IMG/VR virus record: IMGVR_UViG_3300041809_001460
Reading direction: 5' to 3' (one strand)
DNA: 64,000 nucleotides
Origin: an uncultured virus (IMG/VR IMGVR_UViG_3300041809_001460)
Lineage: Duplodnaviria > Heunggongvirae > Uroviricota > Caudoviricetes
Below the pieces are notes generated by a model. That model was not told the origin of the DNA. It saw only the letters and a program-made list of their open reading frames with translations, and searched no databases. The position numbers and the translations under genes are program-made. Below, piece by piece: positions 19,001-28,310 of this stretch; the stretch's first letter is position 1, and every line of letters begins with the position of its first letter.

Positions 19001-22000
19001 ACCGACAAGGGCGGAGTGCCTGCTAGGCACACACCCGCTGGACATGCTGCCAAGCTGGCCAATGCCGGGTATCGCCTGTATCACGCTGGAGTCGGCCCGT
19101 CTGATGCCGACGAATGGCATTACCACGGCAAACTGAACGGCGACGGTGTTCTTGTGAGGCCTTACGGCCATGGCGGCGCCAAGTACGCGCATCAGGTGAA
19201 GCTGCAGGGAGTGGATAAGGACGGCAACACCTTCTACAAAGGCCACCAGATCAACCAGCTGCTGCAGGAAAACGCTAAGCGGCATCCACCTGAGCCTGGC
19301 GTCGCCCCACCAAAGCCCGTGGTGCCGCGGGGAGCCCAACCGGCCAAGGCCGCGCCAGCGAAAGCGGCCCCTGCCGTACAGCAGATGCTGCTTCCGGGGC
19401 AGCAGCAGAAGATCGATAACGTTGTGAGCCCGGCCGTGCAGCAAAAACTTGCTGCTGCCGGGTTTACAGCCGTGAGGGTGAACCAAGATGGAAAAGCTGT
19501 ATTCAACCAGGGTGATGTGCAGCTGCAGATCGGAAAGGGGGATGACGGCAAGCCGAACTATCAGATTTTGCAGAGTGGAAAGGCTTTGGGGGGTGCGGTG
19601 GCTCATCGACCCTTCGATGCTCAAGGCAATCTGCGGCCAGACATTGCCTGGGCCGTCAACAAAGGAGCAGCCAACTTTGGACTGCCGGTGAAGAAAGGCG
19701 CCGCACCGCCGAATGGACTGGTATACGGCAACTCGGCCAAAGCCCTGGCCACCGCTGGATTCATTTATCGAGGAGTAGCTACGGCGTCGGATGGCTCCCG
19801 CCGCGCCTGCTATGAGACGCCGGACAAATCCGCGCAGATGTATGTAGGGAAATATGTCGGGTACAACTTGTTTGTGAACGGAAAGCAGGTGAATTCCGGT
19901 GGCCAGCTTTACGACATCAATCACAACGGTGAGCCCTATCTGAAACAGGATATTCGCGAGGCGGCTGGACTGCCTAAGCCTAAATTTGATGTGGACCCGC
20001 AGCAAGTGTACCAGAGCCTCATCAGCAAAGACGATCGCAGCGCCCTGGATCGAGCTGGATTTACGGTGAAGGACGTGAAGTTCAACGAAGGCGGCGACCC
20101 CACCCTCGTTCTGAGCAAGGGCGATGTACAGATACGGAGGGCAGCCGGGAAAGACTTGAAAGTATTCCAGAATGGTATAGAGGTCAACGCGCCTGGGTGG
20201 CGCGGGTGGAGATTTCGAGACCAGTGGGGGAACCTGGACAAGCCATTGCGGGACTTGATTGGGATGCCCGATCCCGATCTGAAAATTCCTACCCATCTTC
20301 CTTCATCGGATAAGACGTCGCCGCCTGTTAATTTAGTTGGTGATGAGGGAAACAGACTGCTGACCGGACGTGGTGGTTTTACTTATGTGGGAGTGGGGCG
20401 CGACAGCCAAGGCGGCCAATATGCGAAGTATCAGAACGCTAACGGCGTGACGCTGCGGGTCAACGATGCTGGTAAGACCATCGCCGTGGATAAGAACGGC
20501 AATAAATTAGGAGAGTGGACCGGCGTTCCGTTTGAACGCAACAACAACGGCCAGAGATACCTGCTGCCCGACTTTCGCCAGGCCGTAGGCATTCCTGATA
20601 GGCCCTACAACGGCGCCAACGCCGAGCAAGACTACAAAAGAGCAACAAGCGCCGTTCAACGCGACGCCCTGGCCAAAGCTGGCTTTGTACTTGATGGCGC
20701 GAAGTACAACGAGAAGGAAGAGCCGGTTGTTGTACTGCGCCGGCCCGACGGCGCTGAGATGCAGATCAACAGCGCCGGATACCAGCTCAAGCCTAAGGGA
20801 CAGCAGGCAGCGAATCCTGTGCAGCCGATGTATCAGTTGATGGACAAGTTCGGTTTTTTGAACCAAAACATTCGACAGACTCTTGGGCTGCCTCAGCCGG
20901 ATTTGAGGCTGCCGGTGACCAACCCCGACAAGGACACACGACCAGACTCGCGGCTTGTGAGTCGCAGCGCCGACGAAGCCTTTCAAAAAGCTGGTTTTGT
21001 TTATATGGGCAACGGCCGCGACAAGGACGGCAACGACTTTGCTCAATATATTCATCCAGCTGGAGCTATTCTGCGGAAGCAGGATGGAGGAGACTTCTAC
21101 ATCACCCCGCCTGGCGGTAAGGAAGTGGCGCTGAACGATGACCATCCTTATGAGCGCGACTCGAACCGGCAGGCAAAGTTGAAGATGACGGTGCGTGAGG
21201 CTGCTGGACTGCCGACCTGGTGGTTGTCGGCTCCGCCATCCAAGACTCCGCCTGTGCCACAAGCCACGCCACAGCGGCCGATTCCAAGCCCCAGCATCCA
21301 GCCTGATCTGCCTATGACGCTGCCGCCGCACGACGAGATGAATGCTATTGAAAGAGAACTGGCGCAGGGAAAATCGTCGGGCAGCAGCCGCATGGGCGGA
21401 GGCGTGAACGAGACTGTTAAGGTGCAGCTCGAGAACGGCATGAAGTGCGTTTTTAAGCCCAACGACGGTGAGGACAAATTCTGCGCTGGTGGCTGGAACA
21501 TCGAGGTGAAAGCCGGAGCCCAGGCCATGAGAGAGGTAGCCGCGTATCAGGTAGCGAAGCTGGTGGGGATGAAGGACCTCGTGCCACCGACCGTCTACCG
21601 CAACCAGAACGGCAAGATGGGGATCATTCACCCCTTTGCTGAGGGAGAAACGGCCGGAAACGTCGGAGAGGCAAAGCGTTACGACGGCGACCGGGATTGT
21701 GCCCGCTGCGCCGCCTTTGATTACGTGATTGCCGATGGCGACCGCCACAACGGCAACTGGATTTGCCAAGGAGACGGCCCTAAGATTCAGCTGATCGATC
21801 ATGGGATGTGTTTTCCCAACGGCGACAAGATGCAAAATGTAAGGGGATTTTTAGTGAAGATGAAAAATGACAAGGACGACATCAACGGTCTACGGCCGAG
21901 GGACATGGCGGCACCGTTTGTGGATAAGAAAAACGAGATCATCGGCAAAATGTCAAAGCTGGGATTCAGCAAGGAAGCTATTCATGGAGTAGCGGCGCGG

Positions 22001-22048
22001 ATCGATGACCTTGCTACCGCTAGGAAGTGGGAAGATTTGAAGTATTGA
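18887..22048 (+). CDS. Repeat-containing protein with C-terminal PI3/PI4-kinase-like (HipA-like) kinase domain
   Basis: ~7 imperfect ~100-aa repeats (LxxAGF...RxxxGLP); kinase motifs GGGVN, VFKP, REVAAY, DRHNGN, LIDHG. Confidence 0.8.
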   Translation: MSLAAMVEGLARDAVEAALRAIEAWNEQDHPRDDHGRFTDKGGVPARHTPAGHAAKLANAGYRLYHAGVGPSDADEWHYHGKLNGDGVLVRPYGHGGAKYAHQVKLQGVDKDGNTFYKGHQINQLLQENAKRHPPEPGVAPPKPVVPRGAQPAKAAPAKAAPAVQQMLLPGQQQKIDNVVSPAVQQKLAAAGFTAVRVNQDGKAVFNQGDVQLQIGKGDDGKPNYQILQSGKALGGAVAHRPFDAQGNLRPDIAWAVNKGAANFGLPVKKGAAPPNGLVYGNSAKALATAGFIYRGVATASDGSRRACYETPDKSAQMYVGKYVGYNLFVNGKQVNSGGQLYDINHNGEPYLKQDIREAAGLPKPKFDVDPQQVYQSLISKDDRSALDRAGFTVKDVKFNEGGDPTLVLSKGDVQIRRAAGKDLKVFQNGIEVNAPGWRGWRFRDQWGNLDKPLRDLIGMPDPDLKIPTHLPSSDKTSPPVNLVGDEGNRLLTGRGGFTYVGVGRDSQGGQYAKYQNANGVTLRVNDAGKTIAVDKNGNKLGEWTGVPFERNNNGQRYLLPDFRQAVGIPDRPYNGANAEQDYKRATSAVQRDALAKAGFVLDGAKYNEKEEPVVVLRRPDGAEMQINSAGYQLKPKGQQAANPVQPMYQLMDKFGFLNQNIRQTLGLPQPDLRLPVTNPDKDTRPDSRLVSRSADEAFQKAGFVYMGNGRDKDGNDFAQYIHPAGAILRKQDGGDFYITPPGGKEVALNDDHPYERDSNRQAKLKMTVREAAGLPTWWLSAPPSKTPPVPQATPQRPIPSPSIQPDLPMTLPPHDEMNAIERELAQGKSSGSSRMGGGVNETVKVQLENGMKCVFKPNDGEDKFCAGGWNIEVKAGAQAMREVAAYQVAKLVGMKDLVPPTVYRNQNGKMGIIHPFAEGETAGNVGEAKRYDGDRDCARCAAFDYVIADGDRHNGNWICQGDGPKIQLIDHGMCFPNGDKMQNVRGFLVKMKNDKDDINGLRPRDMAAPFVDKKNEIIGKMSKLGFSKEAIHGVAARIDDLATARKWEDLKY

Positions 22049-22055
22049 GGTGGGT

Positions 22056-23051
22056 ATGGACCTGAGCTGCACCTTTTTAGAGACAACCGACAAAGGGCAG
22101 AGACCTGTATTTAAGATTCTGTCGCGTGACGGGATTATCACAGGCCGGCTGATCAATCCCCGCTCCGCTATGATGATGGACGCGGTTTTGGCTGATGATC
22201 CGCTGCGTATCGGGAGCATGGCTTTTCCGAAGTCGAATCCCGAGGCCTATATGCGGGCTCTTCCGCACGCCTACAGCGGCGAGCGTCTGCGGGCGCAACT
22301 ACAGGACGCGCGAGGGAAAGATATACAAGCTGTGTCGCCTCCGGGCTGGCGTGGCACGACCGAACACATGAAGGACCATCCCGAGATAACCAATCCCTAT
22401 GCGCTGGCCTGGTCGATGTATAAGAAAGGCGACAGCTCGCATAAGGCCGAGCCACCGGATACGCCGCGGGTGAAGGTGTCAAAGAAGACGAAGAAGGCGA
22501 GGCAGAAGGCGCTCGAGGAGAAGGATGTGAAGACCGCTGCTGATGGTTTTGGACCGGGAGAGATCGCGCGGAACGTGATCCGCGAAAAGGCTCTTGGCGT
22601 GGAATCGAAAGCCTACAAGCTGGCTGGATACACCAGCTTTCAGGGGCTGCCGATCAGCATCGAGAACCGAAAGGGAGATATTCGTAAGGGCCTCGATCAC
22701 GACGGCACACCCTGGTCCGTGAAGATGCCATGCGACTACGGCTATATCAAAGGCACCCAGGGCAGCGATGGCGATGAGGTGGACTGCTTCATCGGGCCAC
22801 TCAAGAACGCCAAGTTTGCCTACATCTTTCACATCGAGAACGACGCCGACCATACTTACGATGAGGACAAGTGTTTTCTGGGATTTTCATCGGACGAAGC
22901 GGCGCGCAAAATCTTCAATCTGGCCTACGACAACGCCGGCGAGATATTCCATTCCGTGACCATGCTGCCTATGCACGAGTTCATTGAGAAGGTTTTGCAT
23001 ACCCACGATTTGAAGAGACCGGGTAAGATACATGCGGAGGTGAAGGCATGA
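22056..23051 (+). CDS. Multi-domain protein with C-terminal inorganic pyrophosphatase-like (InPase) domain
   Basis: FQGLPISIENRKG...DYGYIKGT.G.DGDEVDCFIGP...DEDKCFLGF. Confidence 0.75.
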   Translation: MDLSCTFLETTDKGQRPVFKILSRDGIITGRLINPRSAMMMDAVLADDPLRIGSMAFPKSNPEAYMRALPHAYSGERLRAQLQDARGKDIQAVSPPGWRGTTEHMKDHPEITNPYALAWSMYKKGDSSHKAEPPDTPRVKVSKKTKKARQKALEEKDVKTAADGFGPGEIARNVIREKALGVESKAYKLAGYTSFQGLPISIENRKGDIRKGLDHDGTPWSVKMPCDYGYIKGTQGSDGDEVDCFIGPLKNAKFAYIFHIENDADHTYDEDKCFLGFSSDEAARKIFNLAYDNAGEIFHSVTMLPMHEFIEKVLHTHDLKRPGKIHAEVKA

Positions 23052-23863
23052 GCGCCGGACCGTTTATACCATGCTACGTGCTCCCTAGCGAGCTGACGAG
23101 CTACGGACTGCCATCGCCTGTCGCGCAGCCAGACATTCTGAACCTCATCTACCTGGCCTCCTCCATCATCGATGAGGCTTGTGGGAGAATCGACGGCGAC
23201 GGCAACGGCTCGCTGGTGTTCACGACCTACACGCAGCGCATTCTGATGCAGACCAGAAACCGCAACCTGGCGCTGCTGCCTTTGAAGCCGATCGTGCCGC
23301 TCACGCAGGACCAGATCGACAATTTGGCGGCCTCGGGCAGCAACGGAACGCCGAACTATTATTTGACCGGCGCTTTACAGCCAAGCGTCTTCCTGAATCC
23401 CTGGGGAACGTTGTCTGGGATTGTAGGCGCCAGCGGCCGCTATGGTTATACGCGGCAGGATATGTCGATTGCCTACCCCGACCTGTTCGCGTTTATCAAT
23501 CCGTTGAACCTGGTGACCATGTTCGGCGGCCCCGCTCCTTGGGTGGCGGTAGACGTTACGAACACCGACTACGACGCGAAAACCGGGGAGGTGTGGATAC
23601 CGGCTGGTTTGCAGCTGCAGCGGTACTCCGAAATTCTCATCACCTACAACTCCGGCTACGACCCGACGTGTATGCCGATCGGCATTAAGATGGCCTGCGC
23701 CTGCTTGGTCAAGAATGCCATGGCCAAGGGCGACGGCACCACCGCCCTGACGTCGATGAGGCTGGGAAGATCGGGGGCTAACATGGAGTTTGTGCCGGGA
23801 TCGCTGATCGATCCGACTGTCGATGCGCTTCTGACCCCGTACAAGGTAGTGCGCGCATACTAA
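23048..23863 (+). CDS. Head-tail adaptor/connector-like protein
   Basis: ASSIIDEACGR...ITYNSGY...P.GIKMAC...LLTPYK pattern; first neck gene. Confidence 0.65.
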   Translation: MSAGPFIPCYVLPSELTSYGLPSPVAQPDILNLIYLASSIIDEACGRIDGDGNGSLVFTTYTQRILMQTRNRNLALLPLKPIVPLTQDQIDNLAASGSNGTPNYYLTGALQPSVFLNPWGTLSGIVGASGRYGYTRQDMSIAYPDLFAFINPLNLVTMFGGPAPWVAVDVTNTDYDAKTGEVWIPAGLQLQRYSEILITYNSGYDPTCMPIGIKMACACLVKNAMAKGDGTTALTSMRLGRSGANMEFVPGSLIDPTVDALLTPYKVVRAY

Positions 23864-23872
23864 GAGGCGATA

Positions 23873-24352
23873 ATGGGCTATGGCGGAATAAATATCGGTT
23901 ATGGAATTCAGCGTCTCATCGACGCGCAGATGCGCTATCTCGATGCGAACCGGGTTCCGGTATCCATGCGCTTTCGAGACTTTGTGCCACCCACAGATCA
24001 GCTGTATGCGCAGCTGGGATACGTGATTACGCCCGACAGCGGCGGAGCTGGGACGACCGACGTGCTGATCAACCCGCCCTGCAGCACGCGGCTGGTTTCG
24101 ATGCACAATATCGGCATGTCGCAGGGCAAACTGCGCTTCGGAGCTAGGGAATTTACCATCTCGCAGAGCTTTATAAACGCTCAGCAGCTTGCTCTTGGCT
24201 TGGCGACGCCGGAGCAGTTATGGTTGAGCAAGCAATTGGTAGGGCTTGTGGGCTATGGGGTTTTGTGGAGCATTGAGCTGTACGCCTCCGATGATGTGGG
24301 GGGTATTCCCGTAGTCTGGACTGTTACGGCAAACGCGAACGAGTTGAGGTGA
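23873..24352 (+). CDS. Probable head-closure (stopper) protein
   Basis: Synteny after the adaptor; 159 aa, beta-rich. Confidence 0.5.
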   Translation: MGYGGINIGYGIQRLIDAQMRYLDANRVPVSMRFRDFVPPTDQLYAQLGYVITPDSGGAGTTDVLINPPCSTRLVSMHNIGMSQGKLRFGAREFTISQSFINAQQLALGLATPEQLWLSKQLVGLVGYGVLWSIELYASDDVGGIPVVWTVTANANELR

Positions 24353-24355
24353 GCT

Positions 24356-24820
24356 ATGAATCTGACTGGAGCCGCGGAACTGCGAAGCAAAGGGCGGCAG
24401 ATCATGGCCGGAAGCGTCGGAGAGGCCCGTTTCCAGCCCGTTCATGCTGGAGCCCACATGCACTTTATGAAGGTGGGCTATATGCACACCGGCAACAAGG
24501 TGCGTGGCGGCATCACGACCAGCGAGTATTTTAAGGCTAAGAGGGGCAACTCGCGCAGCGTCTCCGTGCAGAACGACGGTAGCTACACAAAAACTTCACG
24601 GACCGCTCGCGGCGTGTACAAGCGCCGTGGTAAGCTGGACGCGAAAGGGATGAAGTGCCACAACTTCTCGCCGGACATGGGGTCGCTCAAGAAGCACCAT
24701 GCCGCTGAGAGGATGAGCGTGAGGGGCACGAAGCAATGCTCCTGCGGGCACGAGCCGTGGATGCACTCGAAAGACGGCAGCTGCAATGTGGTTGGCTGTG
24801 AAGACAAGTGCGGGAAATGA
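24356..24820 (+). CDS. Basic hypothetical protein with C-terminal Cys/His cluster
   Basis: GAGGTG RBS; K/R-rich; CSCGH...H...C...C...C. Confidence 0.6.
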   Translation: MNLTGAAELRSKGRQIMAGSVGEARFQPVHAGAHMHFMKVGYMHTGNKVRGGITTSEYFKAKRGNSRSVSVQNDGSYTKTSRTARGVYKRRGKLDAKGMKCHNFSPDMGSLKKHHAAERMSVRGTKQCSCGHEPWMHSKDGSCNVVGCEDKCGK

Positions 24821-25074
24821 GGGCTGACATGACTAAGACAGTTTTGATTCGTAGGCCGATGGTCCGTGGCAACACATCGCAGATGGTGAGGGCCTCGGTG
24901 CTCTCGGAGCAGGGCGACACGATGCGTGTGGTGCTGGAGGGGCAGAGCAAGCCCGTCACCGTGAGAGCATCTGAAGTGGTGGCGACGCCTGGGGTCAACG
25001 GCAGGATCATGCACAGCAGCCTCCCCGACAGCCCAAACAGCTTGATAAGGATTTTGGAGAAGAGAGGGTTTTAA
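24817..25074 (+). CDS. Hypothetical protein
   Basis: ATGA overlap; MRADMTKTVLIRRP... Confidence 0.6.
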   Translation: MRADMTKTVLIRRPMVRGNTSQMVRASVLSEQGDTMRVVLEGQSKPVTVRASEVVATPGVNGRIMHSSLPDSPNSLIRILEKRGF

Positions 25075-25112
25075 GACCGGCCTCGGGCCGAAACTAGCAA
25101 AGGAGAACAAAA

Positions 25113-25376
25113 ATGCCTTCACCAAGCACGACGTTGATCACGAATATGAACTCCGTGATTGCCACCGGCCCGACGGCAGCTACCACAGCGAAAGCCGATG
25201 CGGCCGCTGGAGAGATCATGGACTACCCTGGGATGCTGCAGAGCGTCCTGCTGAACCTGCAGGAAGCGAAGAACAAGCTGCAGGGGATAACCGGCAGCGG
25301 CGGCATCATCGGCGACACCGATGCTGGCGATCCGAACCTCGCTACGCTTCAGAACGTCCTTGCATCCTTGTCGTAA
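25113..25376 (+). CDS. Hypothetical virion-region protein
   Basis: AAGGAG RBS; 87 aa. Confidence 0.7.
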   Translation: MPSPSTTLITNMNSVIATGPTAATTAKADAAAGEIMDYPGMLQSVLLNLQEAKNKLQGITGSGGIIGDTDAGDPNLATLQNVLASLS

Positions 25377-25387
25377 CGGAGACCGGG

Positions 25388-25918
25388 ATGCCGGTGACCA
25401 TGAAGATTACGGGGATCGATGAGCTGGTGCAGGCTCTTGGGTCTGTGCCAGCCATAGTCACCTCCGGCGTCAAAACGACAGACGAGCTGAACTACATCAA
25501 GGCCCTGGTTTGGGACATGGGGTACGTGACCCGTGTAATCAAGCCGGGGCCTAAAACTTTGTGGAGCGTGAACGTGCTGGGAGAGCCAAAGGTGCTGACT
25601 ATCACAGCCCCGACTGGTTTTATTCGCGTTCAGAGGCAACAGTACCTCGCCGTCCTTCGTGACGAGTTTGCCAAAGCACAATTCGCTCGGCATCCGATTG
25701 GAACCTGGGCTGAGCTGGCGACGACGATGATGACGAACGCCGCTCAGCGGTGCGCTCAGCTTGTGTCTAACGCTGCTCCGATTGATACCGGGCAACTGCG
25801 GCAGAGTATTGTGGCTGCTCCACCTGGAGACGGCGCACTTGCGGGTGAAGGAGGTTTTTACACCTCCGGCTATGGGCCGTATGGAACATTCGACGTAGGC
25901 GACTTGTTGAGCGCCTAG
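25388..25918 (+). CDS. HK97 gp10-like neck/tail component
   Basis: MKITGIDEL...APIDTGQLRQSI motif. Confidence 0.65.
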   Translation: MPVTMKITGIDELVQALGSVPAIVTSGVKTTDELNYIKALVWDMGYVTRVIKPGPKTLWSVNVLGEPKVLTITAPTGFIRVQRQQYLAVLRDEFAKAQFARHPIGTWAELATTMMTNAAQRCAQLVSNAAPIDTGQLRQSIVAAPPGDGALAGEGGFYTSGYGPYGTFDVGDLLSA

Positions 25919-25941
25919 AAATTCTTTGTGGGGTAGCGTAT

Positions 25942-26409
25942 ATGGTATTCAAGCAGGATTATCGCGGGCGCGACCTGTCCCGACAGAAGTTTTACCAAAC
26001 CGACTTCAGCGGGCAGGACCTGAGTAAGTTGAGAATGAAGCAGAGCCTCTTTCACCGCTGCAATTTCGACAACGCTGATTTGACTGAGGCTGATTGCGAG
26101 GGTTCGGAATTTCTCGGCAGCACCTTTCGCGATACGGTCATGTATCGGACCAACTGCAAGGATGCCAAGCTGGGAGGAACAGTTTTCGAGCCGCGTGACT
26201 GCTTCGGATTGACACTTACGATGCAATGTAAGACCTTCAACAAGACGAAGGTTTCGCCAACGTGGTGGTACAGCTACATCATGTTTGCGGCCTTGATGAT
26301 TCCGGGGAACGTGCAGCAGAGCGAGGAAATGATCAACAAGCTGATTCAGGTTGTGGGGCCTGAGCGGTATGTGAAGCTGAGAACGCTGCTGGCGAAGAGG
26401 GAACTGTGA
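25942..26409 (+). CDS. Pentapeptide-repeat protein
   Basis: 5-residue periodicity RDLSR-QKFYQ-TDFSG-QDLSK...CNFDN-ADLTE-ADCEG-SEFLG-STFRD. Confidence 0.85.
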   Translation: MVFKQDYRGRDLSRQKFYQTDFSGQDLSKLRMKQSLFHRCNFDNADLTEADCEGSEFLGSTFRDTVMYRTNCKDAKLGGTVFEPRDCFGLTLTMQCKTFNKTKVSPTWWYSYIMFAALMIPGNVQQSEEMINKLIQVVGPERYVKLRTLLAKREL

Positions 26410-26972
26410 CTACTCCTGCCAATCCCGCGATGATCGACGTCATCGACACTTTCTACGCCTACATCGCCAACAACCTCGGGAAGCTGACGATTCCCACATC
26501 CGTACCTGTGACTATGCAGGGGGTGGCCAACGCCCAGGACTGGCCGCAAACCGAGATCGTTGACGGCGGCCTCTATCTCATCTATCTCAGCTCTGTACCG
26601 GTCCAGGAAGAGGGAACGCGGGCCGAGACCTATTTCGAGCATTATGTGCAGTGGGCCTGGGTTTTTCTGGGCAACGACCTGACGCAGGCACAGGTGGGGG
26701 CCAACCGGGGGAGCCGCCATCGCGACAACCTGGCTGTTATCGAAGCGCTGCGGCAGGCCCATTTTCCTGGGTTCTGCATCAAGCAATTTTCCGCGGCTGA
26801 TCCGAATACAGGCAACGTCACATTCGGCAATTACGCTCCTGTAGAGATGATTCATTGGTCGATGCCGCGCCTGGGCACGAAGCTGGCTGCGGCCCAGTCC
26901 GGGGTGCTCTATGGCACGGCCCCGCTCGAGATTTACGGCTGGAGCACCGTGAACGCTCTTGTGAACGCGTAG
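26406..26972 (+). CDS. Probable tail terminator/completion protein
   Basis: Synteny immediately before the tail tube gene; GTGA overlap. Confidence 0.5.
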   Translation: MTTPANPAMIDVIDTFYAYIANNLGKLTIPTSVPVTMQGVANAQDWPQTEIVDGGLYLIYLSSVPVQEEGTRAETYFEHYVQWAWVFLGNDLTQAQVGANRGSRHRDNLAVIEALRQAHFPGFCIKQFSAADPNTGNVTFGNYAPVEMIHWSMPRLGTKLAAAQSGVLYGTAPLEIYGWSTVNALVNA

Positions 26973-26975
26973 AAC

Positions 26976-27019
26976 AGCTTGCTGTTGCGGCTCTATAAGG
27001 GGGTGGGTACTCTTAGGAT
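26976..27019 (+). promoter_or_regulatory. Putative late promoter, copy 4 (tail tube; leadered)
   Basis: AGCTTGCTGTTG at 26976 with TGGG-TACTCT at the same spacing; the gene has its own AAAGGAG RBS. Confidence 0.7.
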
Positions 27020-27068
27020 GGGTTTGAGCAACGTGTAACCGCAGACCTCGCGCAAAGGAGATTTGATT

Positions 27069-28196
27069 ATGCCTCTACCTCGTTCCCTTACACAAGTGCT
27101 CCGCCAAGGGCAACTTACCGTTGGCGCTGGCTGGCGCGCATATTTCGCTCCTTTCAACCAAGCGCTGGCGGTGAGCACGAGTTCGACGGTAAGTGGACCG
27201 TCGATTTACGACCTGATCGCGTTCCAGAAGATGCTGGATGCGAACTTCCAACCTGTAGCCGGGCAGCCCTGGTTTGATCTTGGTTACTCCGACAACTTCA
27301 AGTTCACTGCCGGCTCGAAGGTCGGCAATGTGGTTACCGGATACCGTGGCGCCATCCGTGCGAAGTATCGCGCTGAGGTGGGAGAGAAAGTGTCATTCGA
27401 CTTCCAAGAGGTGTCGAGACTGACCCTGGGAATCTCTACCGGTATGCAGGTGTTCAACCTGTTAGCGACGACCGTCACCGCCGGCAGCACCACCGGTCCG
27501 TTGTCCACCAGCGGCACGCCCGCGATCGCCATTGGAGCTAGCGGTTACTCAGCGACTGGATTTGCTGGCGTGACCTCAGGCTATCCGGCGCTGTGCGTAC
27601 CTTCCGGCAGCGGCGCTTTGTTCCCCGCTGGATCGATGATCGTTTGCGATCAGGACTACAACGGCACCTCCTTCGGGTTTGTGGGAGCGGCTGGTGCCAA
27701 CGTCTTCTCCGGTGCTGTGGCCAGCGTCGATTTCATCCGCATGACCTCCGACTTCGTGGCCGGTGTTTCCGGTGTGTTTACCGGCGCCAACCAGGTGGGG
27801 GGCCAGGATGTGCTGGTGCTGACTGCCCCGTTTGTGGGCGGCGGCAACTACGCCCTGGGATCGGGAGTGCCGTACCAGACACCACCCGCCGGATCGAAGG
27901 TGCAGGCCATTACCGGATACGCCGCGAGAGAGGGCGGCTCATTCATCCGTGAGTGGTCGGCCGTGTTTGTACTCGACACCGTGGACGGGTCGCAGTTCCT
28001 GAAGTATTACCCGCGTGTGGCCCCGGACAGCTCGCCTGGGATGGTGAGCAAGAACTTGACCGGCGCGACGAGCATTCAGCAAACGGGACTCAGCTGCGCG
28101 CTGGATGCGATGGCGTTCGACGATCCGCTGGATGGTGAGACGGTGGTTTGCTATACCGCCTACTTCCCGCACACCGGAACCACACCGCAGATTTAA
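27069..28196 (+). CDS. Major tail tube protein (with probable inserted domain)
   Basis: Strong RBS, own promoter and terminator, WFDLGY motif, precedes the chaperone and tape-measure genes. Confidence 0.7.
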   Translation: MPLPRSLTQVLRQGQLTVGAGWRAYFAPFNQALAVSTSSTVSGPSIYDLIAFQKMLDANFQPVAGQPWFDLGYSDNFKFTAGSKVGNVVTGYRGAIRAKYRAEVGEKVSFDFQEVSRLTLGISTGMQVFNLLATTVTAGSTTGPLSTSGTPAIAIGASGYSATGFAGVTSGYPALCVPSGSGALFPAGSMIVCDQDYNGTSFGFVGAAGANVFSGAVASVDFIRMTSDFVAGVSGVFTGANQVGGQDVLVLTAPFVGGGNYALGSGVPYQTPPAGSKVQAITGYAAREGGSFIREWSAVFVLDTVDGSQFLKYYPRVAPDSSPGMVSKNLTGATSIQQTGLSCALDAMAFDDPLDGETVVCYTAYFPHTGTTPQI

Positions 28197-28238
28197 GTGT
28201 TTGTCGCCAACGTAAAAATGGAAAACGGCTGCTTTACT

Positions 28239-28273
28239 TGGGAGTCCGGAGAGAAAACCGGGCTCCCATCTTT
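28239..28273 (+). terminator. Probable intrinsic terminator
   Basis: TGGGAGTCCGG-AGAGAAAA-CCGGGCTCCCA-TCTTT. Confidence 0.65.
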
Positions 28274-28310
28274 GATGTGGAAATAACTATATCGACTTGA
28301 GGAGATATGT

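Noticed and set aside
15576..21835. Long minus-strand ORFs (e.g. 15576..17153, 18776..20296, 20507..21835)
   Set aside because: Shadow ORFs opposite well-supported + strand genes in high-GC DNA; no motifs or RBS.
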